A program made the translations under genes and the position numbers. Source: a bacterium (GTDB lineage: Bacteria; JAMCPX01). From it: DNA of 16,158 nt. Of the stretch, positions 7,196 through 16,076 are shown piece by piece. The stretch covers positions 1-16,158 of the forward strand of contig JBBIVV010000043.1 in NCBI GenBank assembly GCA_037439545.1, given 5' to 3'. Below the pieces are notes generated by a model. That model did no database searches. It was not told where the DNA came from and saw nothing but the letters and a program-made list of their open reading frames with translations. Position 1 is the stretch's first letter, and each line of letters starts with the position of its first letter.

Positions 7196-8656
7196 ATGAA
7201 GAAACTGCGGATACTATTCTTTACGATACTGTTACTGACCTCCTGCGGCGGAAACAACGCGAATCTTCCTCCTGCATCCTCTTTTACATTGACAAGCGCG
7301 GGGAATAACCTTTATGTGCTCAGTCAGCAATGGGGTATCGTAACAAAAATAGATATGAATACCCTGAACCTTACGACCTACAGCGTCGGCGCCGGAGCAA
7401 ATATGATCCTGTCCGCATCGAACAGTGTCGCTGTGCTGAATCCTTCCATGGACACGGTCTACATAATAGGCGACACCGTCGTAAAAAAAACGATAGCAAA
7501 CAATCTAAACGATATGGTCGTCTCTCCCGATGGTACCCATGCCGTGGTTTATCACAATTACATACCAGGCGAGGAAGCGTCCTTCAACGGCATACTGGTG
7601 TTCAACACCTTCTCGGTCGTCAATCTCACGACGACCACGGATGACACAATCAATTTGAGCATAGGAGGAGGTGCGCCGCAGGAAGTTATATTCGCTCCTT
7701 CAGGCGACAAGTTCATCGTGATCTCCCGCAACAGGTGCTTTGTCGTGCCGACAGCTTCACCATTAAACGACAATTACATCGAACTATGGCCTGACCCGTC
7801 AAAAATCGTCGTGCCGGACCAGGTAGTCATTACGCCGCAGGGAGATATCGCGCTTATAAGGGCATATTCGGAAAACGCAGTGTACATTATCAATATACTC
7901 GCGCCTTCCATAGTGAATGTCCTTACGGAAAATCAACCGGCGGAGATCGGCATTTACCCGGATGGAAATACCGGTTTGATTGTGGATGCAGGCTCCGACA
8001 GTGTGAGCGTCCTGGAGTTCAATCATGGCTCTGGAACAGTATCCGAGCAAGCCGTCAGCATAAGTACGCCCGTAAGCGCGGCAGCGACCTCGTTTTCATG
8101 CACGGGAACATGCTCGTTGTCTACGACGACTTATTCTGCCCTTCTCTATTCACCCGCCAGCGGGTCACAGTCATTAACATACCTTAAGATCAAAAATGGC
8201 ATTATAAGTACGACCGTATACGGAGGGCTTGTCGAACCGGTCCAGTCCATTGCTTTCCTGCCGGATGAACCTACCAAAGCCCTTATCCAGCATAGCTCAT
8301 CGAACCTGCCCAATGCCGCGTATCCTTTGTCGATTGTCAATGTCGATACGCAGGAGGTCAATTTCTTTTATATTCAGAGTATGCCGTCTTCGATTCTGTG
8401 CGCCCGGAATCAGGCAGGGGAAGATCTATTGTTTATGACGCTGAGCGGTTTTCATGAGCTTGTTTATTATGATCTTACGACCAGTATGTCCGGTCATCTT
8501 ATACTTCCTGCCATGCCTGATACCATGGGTATAAGCGGCAACACGCTGTTCATATCACACGATCAGCCGTTGGGATTTATTACGCTGCTTGATATAAATT
8601 CTTTTAAAATGAGGTCGGTAAGCGGGTTCAATGTTTATAAACTGTTTGACAGGTGA
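7196..8656 (+). CDS. beta-propeller lipoprotein B, paralog of the upstream gene
   Basis: MKKLRILFFTILLLTS-C lipobox; ATG 1 nt after the upstream stop; blade motifs VSPDGTHAVV, FAPSGDKFIV, ITPQGDIALI, IYPDGNTGLI; C-terminal QPLGFITLLD...SVSGF parallels YPLGRLSFIE...TITGF of protein A. Confidence 0.82.
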   Translation: MKKLRILFFTILLLTSCGGNNANLPPASSFTLTSAGNNLYVLSQQWGIVTKIDMNTLNLTTYSVGAGANMILSASNSVAVLNPSMDTVYIIGDTVVKKTIANNLNDMVVSPDGTHAVVYHNYIPGEEASFNGILVFNTFSVVNLTTTTDDTINLSIGGGAPQEVIFAPSGDKFIVISRNRCFVVPTASPLNDNYIELWPDPSKIVVPDQVVITPQGDIALIRAYSENAVYIINILAPSIVNVLTENQPAEIGIYPDGNTGLIVDAGSDSVSVLEFNHGSGTVSEQAVSISTPVSAAATSFSCTGTCSLSTTTYSALLYSPASGSQSLTYLKIKNGIISTTVYGGLVEPVQSIAFLPDEPTKALIQHSSSNLPNAAYPLSIVNVDTQEVNFFYIQSMPSSILCARNQAGEDLLFMTLSGFHELVYYDLTTSMSGHLILPAMPDTMGISGNTLFISHDQPLGFITLLDINSFKMRSVSGFNVYKLFDR

Positions 8657-8668
8657 CCGCTTAAACGG

Positions 8669-9355
8669 GTGAACTATATGATAAAAAGATTTGGATTACT
8701 ACTGCTGGTTCTGGGGTTAACATCGGTACAAGCTATTGCCGGACTTATCGATGTCCCGGCAGAGGCTATTACAGGGACCGCGATAAAAATACCGTTCGGT
8801 ATAAAGATTAATGTAGGATACATGGGGACCAAGATAGCTGACCCGGGATGGAGATATATTGACTCATATAACTGGCTGGGCGCGCCCTATGTCGAAGGCA
8901 CTTATACGGTGTATAAGAACTTAGATATATTTTTGAATACCGGATATTCGGATTATATACCTTCACAATCAACTTCAGCAAGCGGAACCACGGTCAACAT
9001 TGATTTTTCAACCTTCATTTTGACCGCAGGTGCAAGATACCGTTATCCTTTGTTACGGTGGTTTGTCCCGTATGCAGAGATCGGCGTGGGAAGTTATCTG
9101 GCATCTGTCACTATCAGCGAAGATCAGCAAAGTATAAGAAAACAAGATGTTATTGCAGCTCCAGAGATCGCAGGGGGATTCTATATACCGATCATGGTCC
9201 CTACCGATACGCGGCGGGTCGGTATGAATATACAATGTTCTTTTGGCTTAATCCGCGGGTTTTTTGTTCAGCCCCTTAAATTAGATTTCGGTTATCTTGG
9301 AGATATCAACGTCGATGGACAGAGGCTTACCATCGGATTGGGTGTATCATTTTGA
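8669..9355 (+). CDS. small outer-membrane beta-barrel protein (OmpW/OmpA-barrel-like); start may be ATG 8678
   Basis: Signal peptide MIKRFGLLLLVLGLTSVQAIA; strands LDIFLNTGY, FILTAGARYRYP, FVPYAEIGVG (common 8-strand barrel pattern PYxxxGxG); C-terminal LTIGLGVSF. Confidence 0.8.
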   Translation: MNYMIKRFGLLLLVLGLTSVQAIAGLIDVPAEAITGTAIKIPFGIKINVGYMGTKIADPGWRYIDSYNWLGAPYVEGTYTVYKNLDIFLNTGYSDYIPSQSTSASGTTVNIDFSTFILTAGARYRYPLLRWFVPYAEIGVGSYLASVTISEDQQSIRKQDVIAAPEIAGGFYIPIMVPTDTRRVGMNIQCSFGLIRGFFVQPLKLDFGYLGDINVDGQRLTIGLGVSF

Positions 9356-9372
9356 TATATGGGTTTTTTTTG

Positions 9373-9404
9373 TTGACAGGTATAATGGTTTTGTGCTTTA
9401 TAAG
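9373..9404 (+). promoter_or_regulatory. candidate sigma70 promoter region upstream of the M23 peptidase operon
   Basis: Perfect TTGACA at 9373-9378 preceded by a T-tract. A perfect TATAAT at 9381-9386 is too close to pair with it; TGcTTTATAA at 9394-9403 is a weak -10 at about 18 nt spacing. Exact architecture unresolved. Confidence 0.4.
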
Positions 9405-9430
9405 AAGATACGCCTGATGAAGGTGTTCGT

Positions 9431-10357
9431 ATGAATAAACAAAAAAAATATACCTTTATACTTTTGCCGGATGGTACAGAGAAGGCACGAAGGGTCTCAG
9501 TTAATCTTGGTACTCTGAAGACCGGCGGTTTGTTGCTTGCGGGAGTCGTTATTGTTTTTGCGTTCCTGTTTTATGAATTCCTGCACCAGCAGTATCAGGG
9601 ACATGAACTGTTAAAAACAAAGAAGTTAGTTGTAGAACAGAACAACCAGCTTATGGATTTTGCCGGTAAAATCCATACGTTACAAACGAAATTGGAATCC
9701 TTACAACAATTCGATATGAAGATAAGAATACTTGCAAACATACAGAATTCAGCATCAAAAGAAGAAAACACCTACAGTATCGGCGGTCCGACGCTCGATA
9801 CAGAAGGCTATCCTGTACCGCTGACCGGTGTGAGCAAGGGTATGCTCGTTAAGAAAATGGAAATGGATATAAATGAACTGCTTTCGAAAACAGGCATGGA
9901 AGAGAGAAGCCTGCAGGAAGTTTATGAGAATATCCTGGACAAGAAGGACCTCTTGCTTGCAACCCCTTCACTATGGCCTGTAAAGGGATTTATAACCTCT
10001 GGTTTCGGTAACCGGATAAACCCGATTACCGGTGGAAGAGAAATGCATGAAGGCATTGACATCGCAACGCAGATCGGGAACCCCATAGCTGCACCGAGCA
10101 ACGGAATAGTAAGTTTCGCTGGGACTGAAAACGGCTATGGTACAACGGTGATAATAGATCATGGATACGGGATAACTACCCTGTATGGTCATATGAGCGA
10201 GTTGGAAGTGAAGACAGGTGACATTGTTAAAAGAGGACAGTTAATCGGCAAGGTAGGAGATACAGGCTTTTCAACAGGCCCGCACCTGCACTATGAAGTA
10301 AGGATTAACGGTATTCCGATCAATCCCATGCGGTATCTGGTAGGCAGCGCCCAATAG
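9431..10357 (+). CDS. M23 family metallopeptidase (peptidoglycan DD-endopeptidase, MepM-like)
   Basis: N-terminal TM helix, coiled coil, then TPSLWPVKGFITSGFG.R.NP, HEGID (HxxxD), TTLYGHM and STGPHLHYEV (HxH) zinc motifs. Confidence 0.93.
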   Translation: MNKQKKYTFILLPDGTEKARRVSVNLGTLKTGGLLLAGVVIVFAFLFYEFLHQQYQGHELLKTKKLVVEQNNQLMDFAGKIHTLQTKLESLQQFDMKIRILANIQNSASKEENTYSIGGPTLDTEGYPVPLTGVSKGMLVKKMEMDINELLSKTGMEERSLQEVYENILDKKDLLLATPSLWPVKGFITSGFGNRINPITGGREMHEGIDIATQIGNPIAAPSNGIVSFAGTENGYGTTVIIDHGYGITTLYGHMSELEVKTGDIVKRGQLIGKVGDTGFSTGPHLHYEVRINGIPINPMRYLVGSAQ

Positions 10358-10451
10358 TTCCTGTCATAATAGCTGCGGCAAATCAACCCGGACGATTGGG
10401 CAGAGTACGACCTTTATATTAACGTGGGATCTTCTATCAGGGTAAATCTTA

Positions 10452-11135
10452 ATGTATATAAGGAAAGACGGTTACTATAGACTCGCCAAACAGCAGGGGT
10501 ACAGATCACGAGCTGCTTTTAAACTCATCCAGTTAAATAATTCTTATACAATCATTCATGCTCATGACCGTGTTCTCGATATAGGTGCTGCACCCGGGGG
10601 GTGGATGCAGGTCATCAGCGATATAATAGGGGAAAACGGTTCGGTCGTGGGTATTGACCTGCTCGATATTCCTCCATTGCAGAACAAGACCAATAAGACA
10701 GATAGGACTAAAAAGGCCCGCACAATAAATGCAGTGGCGATAAAGGGCGATATAAACGATCCCGGGATCAAGCAAAAAGCTTTAAGCATAATCAATGGCA
10801 GTTTTGATGCCGTTGTTTCAGATCTGTCTGTAAATATTTCAGGCAATGCATCATCCGATACATACAGGAACCTTGAGATGGCTAAATCCATAGTAGGACA
10901 CCTTCCGGAACTTTTAAAAAAAGGCGGTAATTTTCTTATAAAACTTTTTTACAGCAATGAATTAAAATCTTTTCTGTCAGATGCGGATAAAAACTTTGAC
11001 AAAGTCTATACAACAAAGCCGAAAGCCTCCCGCAGTTCTTCCTCAGAGCTATACTTTATAGGAAAAGGATTTCACCCCGTTACTCCGGAAAGCCCTTCAC
11101 TTCAGGGGGGGTATACAGGGGTTCACCTTGTTTGA
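10452..11135 (+). CDS. rlmE: 23S rRNA Um2552 2'-O-methyltransferase RlmE (FtsJ/RrmJ)
   Basis: AKQQGYRSRAAFKL, VLDIGAAPGGWMQ SAM motif, VVSDL, NFLIKLF, KPKASRSSSSELY; the K-D-K-E tetrad is present. Confidence 0.93.
   Translation: MYIRKDGYYRLAKQQGYRSRAAFKLIQLNNSYTIIHAHDRVLDIGAAPGGWMQVISDIIGENGSVVGIDLLDIPPLQNKTNKTDRTKKARTINAVAIKGDINDPGIKQKALSIINGSFDAVVSDLSVNISGNASSDTYRNLEMAKSIVGHLPELLKKGGNFLIKLFYSNELKSFLSDADKNFDKVYTTKPKASRSSSSELYFIGKGFHPVTPESPSLQGGYTGVHLV
10683..10718 (+). repeat. degenerate 9-bp tandem repeat x4, in frame within rlmE
   Basis: AACAAGACC AATAAGACA GATAGGACT AAAAAGGCC encodes NKT NKT DRT KKA. Confidence 0.55.
11071..11126. repeat. imperfect nested palindrome at the rlmE 3' end
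   Basis: Outer ACCCCGT (11074-11080) / AC-A-GGGGT (11115-11122); inner CCCTTC-ACTTCA-GGGGGG hairpin that needs G-U pairs. Confidence 0.5.
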
Positions 11136-11877
11136 CACCATTATACTCATTCATGGATTGTCGGGCAATGCCATGGATATGGATTTTATTGCCGGCAGGG
11201 TTGCTCCCTATGCATGCATGGTTTCCAATATAGACCTGCCAGGACATGGGACCGCTCACCATGGCTTTGGCCCTGAATCCCTTTTGACAGTTACCATGGA
11301 TAATTGGATCAATGCAGTGGAAAAAGAGGTTGAGCAATCGAAAAATATTGTCATAATTGGACAATCAATGGGTGCACTGCTTGCCCTTTACAGTGCTCTC
11401 AAGCACCCGGATCGGATAAAAGGCGTTGTACTGCTATCCCCTGCTATCAAGCTGTCCGGAAGATTGAATAGATTCTTTATGTCATTAATCTTCTTTTATT
11501 CAAAGTTTATGGAGCTGCCGGCACTCTATTATACAAAGGTCAGCGGACCTGACATTGCCGATCCAGACGCAAAAAAAAGTTATACGGCTTACAATAAAAT
11601 CCCGTTTCATGCACTTGCAGAGTATGAAAAATTGAGGAGACTGGTGGTGAACCAGCTCAAAAGCGTTGAATTACCACTACTTATTGTGTATTCAAAAAAT
11701 GATCATACCATATCACAGGATGCTGTTGAAATAATTGACAGCAAAGTTATGTCTACTATAAAGAAAATCACGGTACTGAACGATTCATTTCACGTCATAT
11801 CAATAGACAGGGACAAGGAAAAGGTTGTTGAGGAGACAGACAAATTCTTACAACAACTCGAGAGAATGGAGGTGTAA
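11128..11877 (+). CDS. alpha/beta-fold hydrolase, carboxylesterase/monoacylglycerol-lipase type
   Basis: ILIHGLSG oxyanion motif, DLPGHGT, GQSMG nucleophile elbow, YSKND (Asp) and SFHVI (His) complete the triad. TTG start overlaps the rlmE end. Confidence 0.9.
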   Translation: MFDTIILIHGLSGNAMDMDFIAGRVAPYACMVSNIDLPGHGTAHHGFGPESLLTVTMDNWINAVEKEVEQSKNIVIIGQSMGALLALYSALKHPDRIKGVVLLSPAIKLSGRLNRFFMSLIFFYSKFMELPALYYTKVSGPDIADPDAKKSYTAYNKIPFHALAEYEKLRRLVVNQLKSVELPLLIVYSKNDHTISQDAVEIIDSKVMSTIKKITVLNDSFHVISIDRDKEKVVEETDKFLQQLERMEV

Positions 11878-11879
11878 TT

Positions 11880-12719
11880 ATGATAAAACACATACTGATT
11901 GCTGTTGACGGTTCTCCGAACAGTGAGACTGCTTTGTCTTACGGCATTTATCTTGCAAAAAAGTTAAATGCAACGATCCATGTCCAGCACGTCATAGATG
12001 TTATATTTCTTGAAAATCCCTTTCTGCATGACCTTTCCGGTGCAATGGGCTTTGAGCCGTTCATGGATTTTTCAGGCAAGGTCAGCGATATCCTGCACAC
12101 AAGGGGTGAGCAGATACTTGCAGATGCAGAAAAGGTATGTAAAGGAGCGGGTATTGAATACAAGACATACCTGGATACGGGCATTGTATCCAAAGAAATC
12201 TCTGAAAGAGAAAAACTGGCCGATTTGGTCATTATCGGACAGAAGGGCATAAACGCCCAGTTCGACAGAAAGATGCTTGGCTCGACGACAGAGGGCTTAT
12301 CGAGAAGGTCATCAAAGCCTTTATTGATATGCCCGGCACAGTTTAAAGAGCTCCATCATATTTTGCTCGCCTACGATGACAGCGATGCAGCTAAAAAAGC
12401 CATGGTATTCGCCGTTGACTTTTGTAAAACTCTGAACATGCCTTTGACTGTTATAACCGTTCATAAGGATCAAACCGTTTTAAAAACCATACAGAACAGC
12501 GTTCAGTCCTATTTAGAGCCGTACGGCATTACCTTCGATGTAACGACACAGACAGGCAATGCGGAAAACGTACTGAAATCGATGATAAATGACGGTAGTT
12601 ATGATCTCCTGATTATGGGTGCACACGGGCATTCACGGATTGTAGAAATGGTGCTCGGCAGTACTGCGGAATATATAATGAGAAATATCCAAAAACCTAT
12701 CATTGTAACAAAAAATTAA
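11880..12719 (+). CDS. universal stress protein with two UspA domains
   Basis: HILIAVDGS...DLVIIGQKG...LGSTT and HILLAYDDS...DLLIMGAHGHS...LGSTAE; GGAGG SD. Confidence 0.93.
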   Translation: MIKHILIAVDGSPNSETALSYGIYLAKKLNATIHVQHVIDVIFLENPFLHDLSGAMGFEPFMDFSGKVSDILHTRGEQILADAEKVCKGAGIEYKTYLDTGIVSKEISEREKLADLVIIGQKGINAQFDRKMLGSTTEGLSRRSSKPLLICPAQFKELHHILLAYDDSDAAKKAMVFAVDFCKTLNMPLTVITVHKDQTVLKTIQNSVQSYLEPYGITFDVTTQTGNAENVLKSMINDGSYDLLIMGAHGHSRIVEMVLGSTAEYIMRNIQKPIIVTKN

Positions 12720-12735
12720 AGGAGGCATATATTCT

Positions 12736-13737
12736 ATGAAAATCGGAATAAACGGGTATGGAAGAATAGGGAGGCTTATTCACCGTATATCACTGCTGAG
12801 GAAAGACATGGAGATATGTGCCATCAACGATATTACGGATGCAAAAACAATGGCACATCTTTTGAAATATGATTCCGTGCATGGCACGCTCAATGCTCCT
12901 GTAGAGGCGTCTGACAAGGGCATTGTCGTTCAGGGATATACTTCTAAAATCACGGCATTTAGGAATCCGGCAGATATACCATGGAAAGCTATGGGTGCCG
13001 ACATTGTCGTGGAAAGCTCGGGATTATTCACCGACAGGGACAAAGCAGAGCTACATTTTAAAGGCGGTGCTAAAAAAGTCATTATTTCGGCACCTGCAAA
13101 GGACCCCGACATCACCATTGTCCTTGGAGTCAACCATAAGACTTATGATCCTAAAAAACATAACATTATTTCAAATGCCTCATGTACGACAAACGGACTT
13201 GCCCCGCTGGTCAAGGTCATACATGATAATCTCGGCATAGAAAGCGCCTATATGACCACCATTCATTCATACACGAACGACCAGAGAATACTCGATCTTC
13301 CTCACAAAGACCTGAGAAGGGCCCGTGCGGCGGCAATATCGATGATACCGACGACGACAGGAGCGGCAAAAGCCCTGCACCTTGTTATACCGGAGATAAA
13401 GGGCAAGCTTGAAGGCATGTCTATAAGGGTCCCGACTTTCGATGTGTCTATCGTGGATCTTTCAGCGATCGTAAAAAAGGCAACATCTGCAGAAGAGGTA
13501 AACGCCCTGTTTAAAAAAGCATCTGACGGTGAAATGAAAGGCATACTCGGATATTCTACGGAACCTCTCGTTTCCATTGATCACAGAGGCACGACATTCT
13601 CCACGGTCCTGGACTCTCTGTTGACAAAGGTCGTGAATGGAACGCTGATAAAGATTTTTTCATGGTATGACAATGAATGGGGATTTTCCACAAGGATGGT
13701 GGACCTTATAGAGATGGTCGGGAGGGAGAACCTATAA
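12736..13737 (+). CDS. gap: type I glyceraldehyde-3-phosphate dehydrogenase
   Basis: [31 protein letters not shown] active site, [19 protein letters not shown]. Confidence 0.98.
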   Translation: MKIGINGYGRIGRLIHRISLLRKDMEICAINDITDAKTMAHLLKYDSVHGTLNAPVEASDKGIVVQGYTSKITAFRNPADIPWKAMGADIVVESSGLFTDRDKAELHFKGGAKKVIISAPAKDPDITIVLGVNHKTYDPKKHNIISNASCTTNGLAPLVKVIHDNLGIESAYMTTIHSYTNDQRILDLPHKDLRRARAAAISMIPTTTGAAKALHLVIPEIKGKLEGMSIRVPTFDVSIVDLSAIVKKATSAEEVNALFKKASDGEMKGILGYSTEPLVSIDHRGTTFSTVLDSLLTKVVNGTLIKIFSWYDNEWGFSTRMVDLIEMVGRENL

Positions 13738-14957
13738 TGGGTGTAAATTACAAAGACCTGAAATACATCGACAGCGTAGATATAAGGAACAAGCGTCTTT
13801 TTATACGCGTCGATTTTAACGTGCCCCTCACGGAAGACGGTGCAATATCGGACGATATTAGAATACGAAGCGTCCTGCCGACCATCAACTATGCCCTCGA
13901 TGAGGGTGCTTCGATAGTACTCGCATCGCACATGGCAAGACCAAAAGGTGTTAAAAACCCAAAATATTCCTTGCAGATTGTTGCAAAGCGTCTTTCAAGA
14001 CTGCTGGATAAAGAAGTGCTGTTTGTAAATGAATGCACCGGCTCATCTGTCGATGAGTACAAAAAACATCTCGGCAAAGAAGAAGTTCTGCTGCTTGAAA
14101 ACCTGAGGTTCAACGAAGGCGAAGAAAAAAACGACGAGGCTTTTGCAAAAGAACTTTCAAAGGACATCGATGTTTATATCAATGACGCATTCGCAGTCGC
14201 TCACCGCAACCACGCAAGTGTTTCGGCAATAACGAAGTTCGCACCGAAATGCGCCGCCGGATTTTTAATGAAGAAGGAACTCAATTATTTCACAAAGGCA
14301 ACGGAAAATCCTTTAAGGCCTTTTGTCGCAATTATCGGGGGTGCAAAAATATCAAGCAAGCTCGGAGCCATGTCGAACCTGCTCGATAAGGTCGATAAAC
14401 TGATCATCGGCGGAGGAATGGCTTTCACCTTTCTCAAAGCACTGGGATATGAAGTAGGCAAATCCATTGTCGAGAACGATATGCTGCGAACGGCCCTCGA
14501 TACGCTGCAAAAAGCACGGGAAAAGGGAGTAAAGCTGTATTTACCCGTCGATTGCGTTATTGCGGACAAATATGATTCAAAAGCGGATTCAAAGATAGTC
14601 CCTATACAAGAGATACCGCACGACTGGATGGGAATGGACATAGGACCCGCAACGAACCTTTTATTTTCACAGGCTATCCAGGGAGCGAAAACAATCATCT
14701 GGAACGGACCAATGGGCGTGTTTGAGATGAACAGCTTTTCAAGAGGCACATTGTCCATGGTCTCCCATGTGGCAAATTCCTATGCACTGACAATCGTCGG
14801 CGGCGGAGACACGGATGTTGCGGTCCACGAAGCAGGGGAAAGTGCAAACATATCTTATATATCAACCGGCGGCGGTGCATTCCTTGAACTGCTCGAGGGC
14901 AAGGAACTGCCTGCACTCAAGGCACTGCAGTCATGCCTGCATAAAGAGGACCAGTGA
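13737..14957 (+). CDS. pgk: phosphoglycerate kinase
   Basis: [54 protein letters not shown]. True start is ATG 13737 (TAATG overlap with the gap stop, GGGAGG SD), not 13677. Confidence 0.98.
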   Translation: MGVNYKDLKYIDSVDIRNKRLFIRVDFNVPLTEDGAISDDIRIRSVLPTINYALDEGASIVLASHMARPKGVKNPKYSLQIVAKRLSRLLDKEVLFVNECTGSSVDEYKKHLGKEEVLLLENLRFNEGEEKNDEAFAKELSKDIDVYINDAFAVAHRNHASVSAITKFAPKCAAGFLMKKELNYFTKATENPLRPFVAIIGGAKISSKLGAMSNLLDKVDKLIIGGGMAFTFLKALGYEVGKSIVENDMLRTALDTLQKAREKGVKLYLPVDCVIADKYDSKADSKIVPIQEIPHDWMGMDIGPATNLLFSQAIQGAKTIIWNGPMGVFEMNSFSRGTLSMVSHVANSYALTIVGGGDTDVAVHEAGESANISYISTGGGAFLELLEGKELPALKALQSCLHKEDQ

Positions 14958-15730
14958 AGCCCAAGTATATCGTTGCAGGAAACTGGAAGTTGAATAAAGG
15001 TGCTTCTGAAGCAGGCACGTTCATCAAAAAGCTTTCAGAAAAGCTTGCGGATAAAATGTCCGGGCATGTTGATGTGATTGTTGCTCCGCCATTTACATCC
15101 CTCCCATCCGCTATTTCGGGAAAAAATGCGGATGGTTTATACATTGCAGCCCAGAACGTATATTGGGAAGACAAAGGTGCATTTACAGGCGAGATTTCTG
15201 CTCCGATGCTCAAGGAACTCGGTGTGCAGTACTGCATTGTGGGACATTCGGAAAGACGGCTTTATTTTCAGGAAACCGACAGAACGGTAAACCTCAAGAC
15301 CTGCGCGCTCCTGAGGAACGGCATAAAGCCTATCGTATGTATCGGTGAAAGGAGCGAAGACCGTAAAGCAGGCATTATGCAGAATGTCGTAAAATTTCAG
15401 TTGGCATCTGCTCTGTTTGATGTAGAGATTAAGGGCCCCGATGAAATGGTTGTTGCTTATGAGCCTGTATGGGCAATCGGCACCGGGAATGTTGCAACAC
15501 CCCTGCAGGCAGAAGACATGCATGAGATTATACGCAAATCTCTTGAAAAACATTTCGGTGCCGACATAGGATGCAGAATCAGGATACTTTACGGTGGCAG
15601 CGTCAATACAGACAATATTGACGGTCTCATTGAAAAGGATAACATAAACGGTGCATTGATAGGCGGTGTAAGCCTTGACCTTGAAAAATTTATAAGTATA
15701 ATTAGTCATATATCGCAAAAGGAGAGATAA
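14954..15730 (+). CDS. tpiA: triosephosphate isomerase
   Basis: [42 protein letters not shown] overlap with the pgk stop. Confidence 0.98.
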   Translation: MKPKYIVAGNWKLNKGASEAGTFIKKLSEKLADKMSGHVDVIVAPPFTSLPSAISGKNADGLYIAAQNVYWEDKGAFTGEISAPMLKELGVQYCIVGHSERRLYFQETDRTVNLKTCALLRNGIKPIVCIGERSEDRKAGIMQNVVKFQLASALFDVEIKGPDEMVVAYEPVWAIGTGNVATPLQAEDMHEIIRKSLEKHFGADIGCRIRILYGGSVNTDNIDGLIEKDNINGALIGGVSLDLEKFISIISHISQKER

Positions 15731-15737
15731 TAACTAT

Positions 15738-16070
15738 ATGTATACGTTGATTTTATTGCTGCATATATCGATTGCCGTAGTCATTGTAATGGTCGTTCTG
15801 TTACAAGTGGGTAAAGGCTCGGGTATGGGAGCTGCGTTCGGCGGATCAAGCGAGAGTTTCTTCGGTTCATCGGGGCCAAGCAATTTCCTTGAAAAGGCAA
15901 CCATCGTTGGAGGTATAATATTTATTGTTACATCACTTACGCTTGCATATATGAGTGGTGAAAACCGCAAGAATATACTGTTCAATCAGGCTGTGCCTGA
16001 GCAAACATCGACAGCCCCTGCTCCGCAACAGCCGGGATTACCTGCAAGTCCTTCGACAGGTCAGAAATAA
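15738..16070 (+). CDS. secG: preprotein translocase subunit SecG
   Basis: Two TM helices flanking VLLQVGKGSGMGAAFGGSSESFFG; Pro-rich tail; conserved tpiA-secG-tRNA-Leu order. Confidence 0.95.
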   Translation: MYTLILLLHISIAVVIVMVVLLQVGKGSGMGAAFGGSSESFFGSSGPSNFLEKATIVGGIIFIVTSLTLAYMSGENRKNILFNQAVPEQTSTAPAPQQPGLPASPSTGQK

Positions 16071-16076
16071 CATTAA

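Noticed and set aside
9342..9371. Intrinsic terminator after the barrel gene
   Set aside because: A T-run is present, but the only hairpin is AU/GU-rich and separated from it; the T-tract fits an UP element before TTGACA equally well.
10358..10451. 94-nt intergenic region as an sRNA, riboswitch or pseudogene fragment (one frame reads INPDDWAEYDLYINVG)
   Set aside because: No convincing stems, start codon with SD or recognisable family.
13677..13736. Longer pgk start from the ORF track
   Set aside because: It overlaps gap by about 60 nt; ATG 13737 has an SD and a TAATG coupling.
14920..14960. Programmed frameshift giving a PGK-TPI fusion as in Thermotoga
   Set aside because: pgk ends in a normal GTGA stop/start overlap with an SD (GAGGA), and there is no slippery run at the junction.
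1260..15985. Remaining short antisense or alternate-frame ORFs in the track
   Set aside because: All lie within or largely overlap well-supported genes and show no recognisable protein motifs.
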